A stretch of DNA of 64,000 bases from Polyangia bacterium (lineage in GTDB: Bacteria > Myxococcota_A > Polyangia > Fen-1088): positions 4,638 to 68,637 of the forward strand of contig DASXOE010000020.1 of assembly GCA_036494575.1 (NCBI GenBank), in the 5' to 3' direction. The position numbers and the translations under genes were made by a program. The notes under the pieces were generated by a model. The model had not been told where the DNA came from and made no database searches. It saw only the letters and a program-made list of their open reading frames with translations. Position 1 is the stretch's first letter. Every line of letters starts with the position of its first letter. Positions 61,201 to 64,000 of this stretch are shown piece by piece.

Positions 61201-61537
61201 GGATGCGCCCGAGCTCCGCCTGGCGCGCCGGGGCCGACAGCGGCGACAGATCCTCGACGGGCAGCGGGATCGAGAGCGCGGGCGCGACGACCTGGACGGG
61301 CACGCCGGCCTCGGAGGCGAAGGTCGTGCGCAGCGACTCGTGGCGCGCGACGACCTCATTGAGGGCGCGCTCGAGCACGGCCGCGTCGATCGGACCTTTC
61401 AGGCGCGCCGCCGTGGGAACGTTGTACGCGCCGCTCCCCGGCTGGAGTTGGTCCAAGAACCAGAGCCTCTGCTGCGAATACGACGTCGGGAAGACGAAGA
61501 CCTCGTCGTCACCACCGCTGGGAGCATCCGCGTTCAT
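58202..61537 (-). CDS. NRPS module C-A-T (uninterrupted glycine-type A domain, paralogue of the 49865-55594 module)
   Basis: 1111 aa. C: FPTSYSQQRLWFLDQL, NASHIVVDGIA. A: LAYVIYTSGSTGTPKG, SFDISVLE, NGYGPTETT, YRTGDLCRY, GRLDHQVKIRGHRVELGEVE, LPEPMVPS, NGKVDRK. T: FFDLGGHSLLS. No TE or R domain. Confidence 0.95.
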   Translation of the reverse strand: MNADAPSGGDDEVFVFPTSYSQQRLWFLDQLQPGSGAYNVPTAARLKGPIDAAVLERALNEVVARHESLRTTFASEAGVPVQVVAPALSIPLPVEDLSPLSAPARQAELGRILAEAASAPFDLKVGPLVRARLVRLGADDHVFLVNASHIVVDGIAISIIFNELSALYAAFAAGRPSPLPNVAIQYADYALWQKELLQGPELERLVSYWRERLSGELPSAELPSDRPRPATPSGRGHRLRAHLATREGAAALAALCRQEKTTSFSGLLAAFALLLQRYTGQDDVLVGSPFGNRGRTEIEESVGFYAATVVLRVSLAGDPTFRELLGRAREVIAGAAAHEDVPFEKIVEVLRPARDASHNPFFQIMIGYLVAPDTALTLPGVTVTSVDAPHGDSMFDLLAQLEEARDGLVGYFTYSSDLYDGETISRFIANFAHVIAAGVAHPDERLSRLPVITDAERRRVLTEWNETATATTPSCIHAEFERQAARTPGQVAVRTGEDALTYDELERRANRLARHLRELGVGPDGLVGVCLPRGPDIVVAVLAVLKAGGAYLPLDPAYPKARLAQMIGDSRVGVVVTVSSIGAELPLGAARALCLDAEASAIARHRDDGRLDDDGDAKASARPDNLAYVIYTSGSTGTPKGVMLEHRQASNLFAGMDAALGAKPDHAKPDHAKPDHKKPGVWLAVTSLSFDISVLELLWTVTRGFTVIVQAEEDDKARAFAAAVSAHGVTHFQCTPSMAGLLVADATARAALGGLEVMILGGEALPPALARDLLAAFGGDLFNGYGPTETTIYSTTFRVDRDALSRGVSQPIPIGRPLANTSLYILDAHREPVPIGVPGELYIGGAGVARGYLGRPELTAERFVENPFGAGRLYRTGDLCRYLGDGRVEFLGRLDHQVKIRGHRVELGEVELVLREVSGAREAVVVARPGESGQAGDQRLVAYLAGAVPAAADLRRMLRERLPEPMVPSAFVTLERLPLTPNGKVDRKALPAPQAAAVQGGAGAGAVDGVVDSFVAPRTPTEQAIAEIWQQVLGVPRVSIYDNFFDLGGHSLLSTQVVHHIEQRLKKRLSVAELILQNLAQVAAKCDQARGLDAPKARGVFGALKRMISKE
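59510..59555 (-). repeat. Perfect 15-bp x3 in-frame tandem repeat encoding (AKPDH)3 in the A3-A4 loop of the NRPS
   Basis: The plus strand reads gtgatctggcttcgc three times in a row. The protein reads GAKPDHAKPDHAKPDHKKPG, where the paralogue has only GADRG. Confidence 0.95.
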
Positions 61538-61585
61538 GGGCGCCCTAGTTTACTTCGTTCGCTCGCCCCGTCGAACTGCCTTCAT

Positions 61586-62674
61586 CTATCCCCTATCGCC
61601 CACCTCGAGCTCCGCGACCACCGGGTAATGGGTCGAGACGTGCACCTCGAGGCGAGAGAACGACAGGAAGCGGAAATGCCCGTCGGCGAACACCCGATCG
61701 AGGCGCAGCCAGGTCACCTTCTTGCGCGCGGGGAAGGTGTAGCCGAAGCCGCTCCCAACCTCGGCGAAGCCGTCCTGGTAGGCGCCGAGGTAGCGCCCGA
61801 GCTCCCAGCTCGACGAAGGCAGGTTGGTGTCGCCCGCGATGAGGACCGGGTAAGTCGAGGCAGCCGCGTGCTCGGCGACAGCGCTCACCTGGAGCTTACG
61901 TAAGGTGGCGTTGCGTTCGAGCTTGTGGAAGGCCTCGTGGTTGACGAAGAACCTTCCGCTCGCGAGCTCGTGAAGCAGGCCGCCGGCAATCAGTCGATCG
62001 AAGGCGCCGTGGGGCGAGACCGGGTGGATGTTGTAGAGATCGAGGGGCCCGCCCGGCGCGGCGATGCGATAACGAACGAAGTTCGGGTCGTGCTTCTCGC
62101 CGGCGTGCGGGAGCCACGGCGGCGCGTAGACGTCGGTGATGGCGTACTTGCTCGCGACGATGAACTGACCGTCGCGCCGGACGGTGTAGCCGGGCAGGGC
62201 CTCGGCGAGCGGTCGCACCTCCTCGCTGCGCGCCTCCTGCATACAGACGACGTCGGGATCGACCGAGCGGATCGCCGCCACGAGCTCGGGGGCGCTCGAC
62301 GAGCCGAGATCGATGTTGCAGCTCATGACGCGCAGGTGGACCGAGCCGGGCTTGGGCGCGCGCGGGCCCGACACCTTCAACCCCATGAGGGGGAAGAGCA
62401 GCAGGAGCAACGCCGCCGCCTGGGTGAGCAGCCAGCGACGCGGCCGCACCAAGGTCAAAGCCAGCGTGAGGAATGGCAGCGGCAGGCCGAAGCCGGCGCG
62501 CGGCAGATAGAGCGTCACCGCCGTCAACCACCAGCGGTCGCCGATGCCGCGCAGGGCGAGCGCGACGAGCAGGAGCGTCACCGGATAGGCGACGGCGAGC
62601 GCGAGGACGGCGAGACGCAGCCGCGTCCACACGGTTCGGCGCGCGCTCGGACGCCCTTCGACGGAATCAGCCAC
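61586..62674 (-). CDS. Membrane-anchored endonuclease/exonuclease/phosphatase (EEP) family protein
   Basis: 362 aa. The N-terminal ~100 aa has about 3 hydrophobic helices. EEP motifs: VMSCNI, VVCMQEA, IAGDTNLP, and a C-terminal ..HVSTHYPVVAE. GTG start. Confidence 0.75.
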   Translation of the reverse strand: MADSVEGRPSARRTVWTRLRLAVLALAVAYPVTLLLVALALRGIGDRWWLTAVTLYLPRAGFGLPLPFLTLALTLVRPRRWLLTQAAALLLLLFPLMGLKVSGPRAPKPGSVHLRVMSCNIDLGSSSAPELVAAIRSVDPDVVCMQEARSEEVRPLAEALPGYTVRRDGQFIVASKYAITDVYAPPWLPHAGEKHDPNFVRYRIAAPGGPLDLYNIHPVSPHGAFDRLIAGGLLHELASGRFFVNHEAFHKLERNATLRKLQVSAVAEHAAASTYPVLIAGDTNLPSSSWELGRYLGAYQDGFAEVGSGFGYTFPARKKVTWLRLDRVFADGHFRFLSFSRLEVHVSTHYPVVAELEVGDRG

Positions 62675-62713
62675 GGGTGCGTGGCGAAACGATGGGTGAG
62701 AGGCCGGCGGGCG

Positions 62714-64000
62714 TCAAGAGCGTCGTCGGCGGGCGCGCCCCGCGAGAGCGGCCGCGAGCACCACGAGCGCGACGGGGACGCCCACGAGATACCGCCGGCG
62801 GCGAAGGCGCGCGGGCCCGCGGACGGGGTTGTCCGCCGTGCGCGAGCCCGCCGGTCGCGCGCTTGCGAGCGCGGGTCTTGGCGCGACGCCCTCCAAGATG
62901 AGCCCCGCGAGCGCGCGGCGCGCCTCGTAGAACCGCGCTCCGCGCTCGCTCCAGACCGGCGGCGACCCTGGGGCCGCCTCGGCGAGGACGCGCGGGAGCA
63001 ACGCCCGCGCCACGGCGTCCGCCTCCGCGGCATGCGCGCCACGCGCGAGCTGCAAATAGCCCGCGTCCTCGATGCCCCGGCGCAGGTTCTTGAGGCGAAT
63101 CGACGGCAGTACGCCCACGATCCCCGTCGAGTGCTCCCCGAAGAGATCGACCTGCCGCCCCGGGTAGAGCAGCACGCCGTCGCCCACGAGGGCGTCGCCG
63201 TCGCGGTTGTGGTAGGTCTCGGCCGTGACGAACGGATCGAACGGTCCGTGCCCGCCGCGGTTGCCGTCGTACCAGGCCGTCGTCTGCCACAGGAACCAGC
63301 GCGTCACGCCCGCCATGTCCGCGATCCACCCCCAGGTCCGCAGGGACACGGCCTCGGTGTCCGTCATCATCACGCCCGTCGACGGACGGAAGCCGTTGTA
63401 GATCCACGTCTCCTTGCCGGCGGCCCGCGCGGCGGCGGCGCGCGCCGGGTCATAGGCGTCGGCCCCCACGATGGGCACGTCGACGGGCTGCCCGACGGGA
63501 TCCTCGTTGCACGTCCAGGCCACGCGCACGCGGCGCGCGTTCGCGTCGCGCGCGCCCGCGATTGCCGCGCGCCAGGCGGCGCCGAGCGGCGAGCGGCAGT
63601 TTTCGTCCTCCGCGTAGAGCACGACGTCGGCCTTCTCGAAGAGGCCGTGCGCCGCGAGCTCGTCGGCGATCTCGTCGACGGTCGCGCGCGCCGCGGGCGT
63701 CGGCGCCCCGAGGGAGCCGTACATTCCGATGACGACGATGCCGTCGCCCAGGCCCTCGGCTGGACCCACGTAGCCCGCGGCCGGCGTATAGAGCGAGCCG
63801 TCGAGGGCCGGCAGGTGGGCGCGCACGTCGGCCGCCGACGCGACGGCGTGCAGCGCCGCGAGGCGGTGCCTGTGGAGCAGCGTCCACAGCTGGCGCTCGG
63901 CTGCGTCGCCGTCGCCCACGCGGCGCTCGAGATCGCCGCGCCAGTAGTAGAGCATCGTCGCCACGGGGCGTGCCGGCAACGTCGCGGGCCGCACCTCGAG
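62714..64000 (-). CDS. DUF4091-like (GH123-like glycoside-hydrolase-like) protein with a C-terminal membrane anchor; 5' end outside the window
   Basis: The frame is open to the window edge. Contains ..ETWIYNGFRPSTGVMMTDTEAVSLRTWGWIADMAGVTRWFLWQTTAWYDGN.. C-terminal anchor RRRYLVGVPVALVVLAAALAGRARRRR. Confidence 0.55.
   Translation of the reverse strand, partial: LEVRPATLPARPVATMLYYWRGDLERRVGDGDAAERQLWTLLHRHRLAALHAVASAADVRAHLPALDGSLYTPAAGYVGPAEGLGDGIVVIGMYGSLGAPTPAARATVDEIADELAAHGLFEKADVVLYAEDENCRSPLGAAWRAAIAGARDANARRVRVAWTCNEDPVGQPVDVPIVGADAYDPARAAAARAAGKETWIYNGFRPSTGVMMTDTEAVSLRTWGWIADMAGVTRWFLWQTTAWYDGNRGGHGPFDPFVTAETYHNRDGDALVGDGVLLYPGRQVDLFGEHSTGIVGVLPSIRLKNLRRGIEDAGYLQLARGAHAAEADAVARALLPRVLAEAAPGSPPVWSERGARFYEARRALAGLILEGVAPRPALASARPAGSRTADNPVRGPARLRRRRYLVGVPVALVVLAAALAGRARRRRS

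Noticed and set aside
1-64000. Mobile elements, prophage or genomic-island boundaries around the EPS/PKS-NRPS region
   Set aside because: I recognised no integrase, transposase, tRNA attachment site or flanking direct repeats. Composition looks uniform by eye apart from the 4320-4415 AT-rich promoter and a slightly AT-richer wzy gene, which is common for wzy.

Overview
64-kb window, roughly 70% GC by eye. Gene content points to a myxobacterium-like genome (inference): a DUF1592-type heme lipoprotein, a monooxygenase-interrupted NRPS, a short OPX plus beta-barrel export pair, and many GTG/TTG starts. Most ORFs in the six-frame track are GC-rich antisense shadow ORFs; I accept about 41 CDS. (i) 0-18.2 kb holds miscellaneous and housekeeping genes: a tandem-Usp protein, a beta-helix lipoprotein, an AT-hook/H1-like basic protein behind an AT-rich promoter island, a LuxR-type HTH protein, an SDR, an SLT+M23 murein hydrolase, a hypothetical, prfC, a DUF1592-family protein, two ABC-F ATPases and an FAD oxidoreductase. 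(ii) 18.3-43.2 kb is a Wzx/Wzy-type exopolysaccharide (EPS) island. It encodes an epimerase, a priming sugar transferase, GT2, a short OPX with an adjacent beta-barrel, a GT-C membrane protein, a GT2-GtrA fusion, Wzx, Wzy, two deacetylases, two AsnB-family amidotransferases, GT4, a PCP/Wzz and a degenerate BY-kinase-like ATPase. An RsbU/RsbV/RsbW-like partner-switching module with no sigma factor is embedded in it. (iii) 43.3-61.5 kb holds two convergent operons sharing a promoter region with the EPS export genes. One runs Sfp-type PPTase -> single-module PKS (KS-AT-KR-DH-T) -> NRPS C-A-T, whose glycine-type A domain is interrupted twice (luciferase-like monooxygenase and methyltransferase). 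The other runs an uninterrupted paralogous C-A-T NRPS -> two atypical alpha/beta hydrolases (Cys and Arg at the nucleophile elbow) -> SDR. No loading module, TE or R domain is present. (iv) 61.6-64 kb encodes a membrane EEP-family phosphoesterase and a DUF4091-like protein truncated by the window edge. I saw no rRNA, tRNA, CRISPR array, transposase or integrase. The main candidate for something undescribed is the thiotemplate block fused to an XrtA/PEP-CTERM-style EPS locus that lacks an exosortase in this window. All family assignments come from motifs read by eye and need HMM or BLAST confirmation. Start codons are uncertain by tens of bases for several genes.
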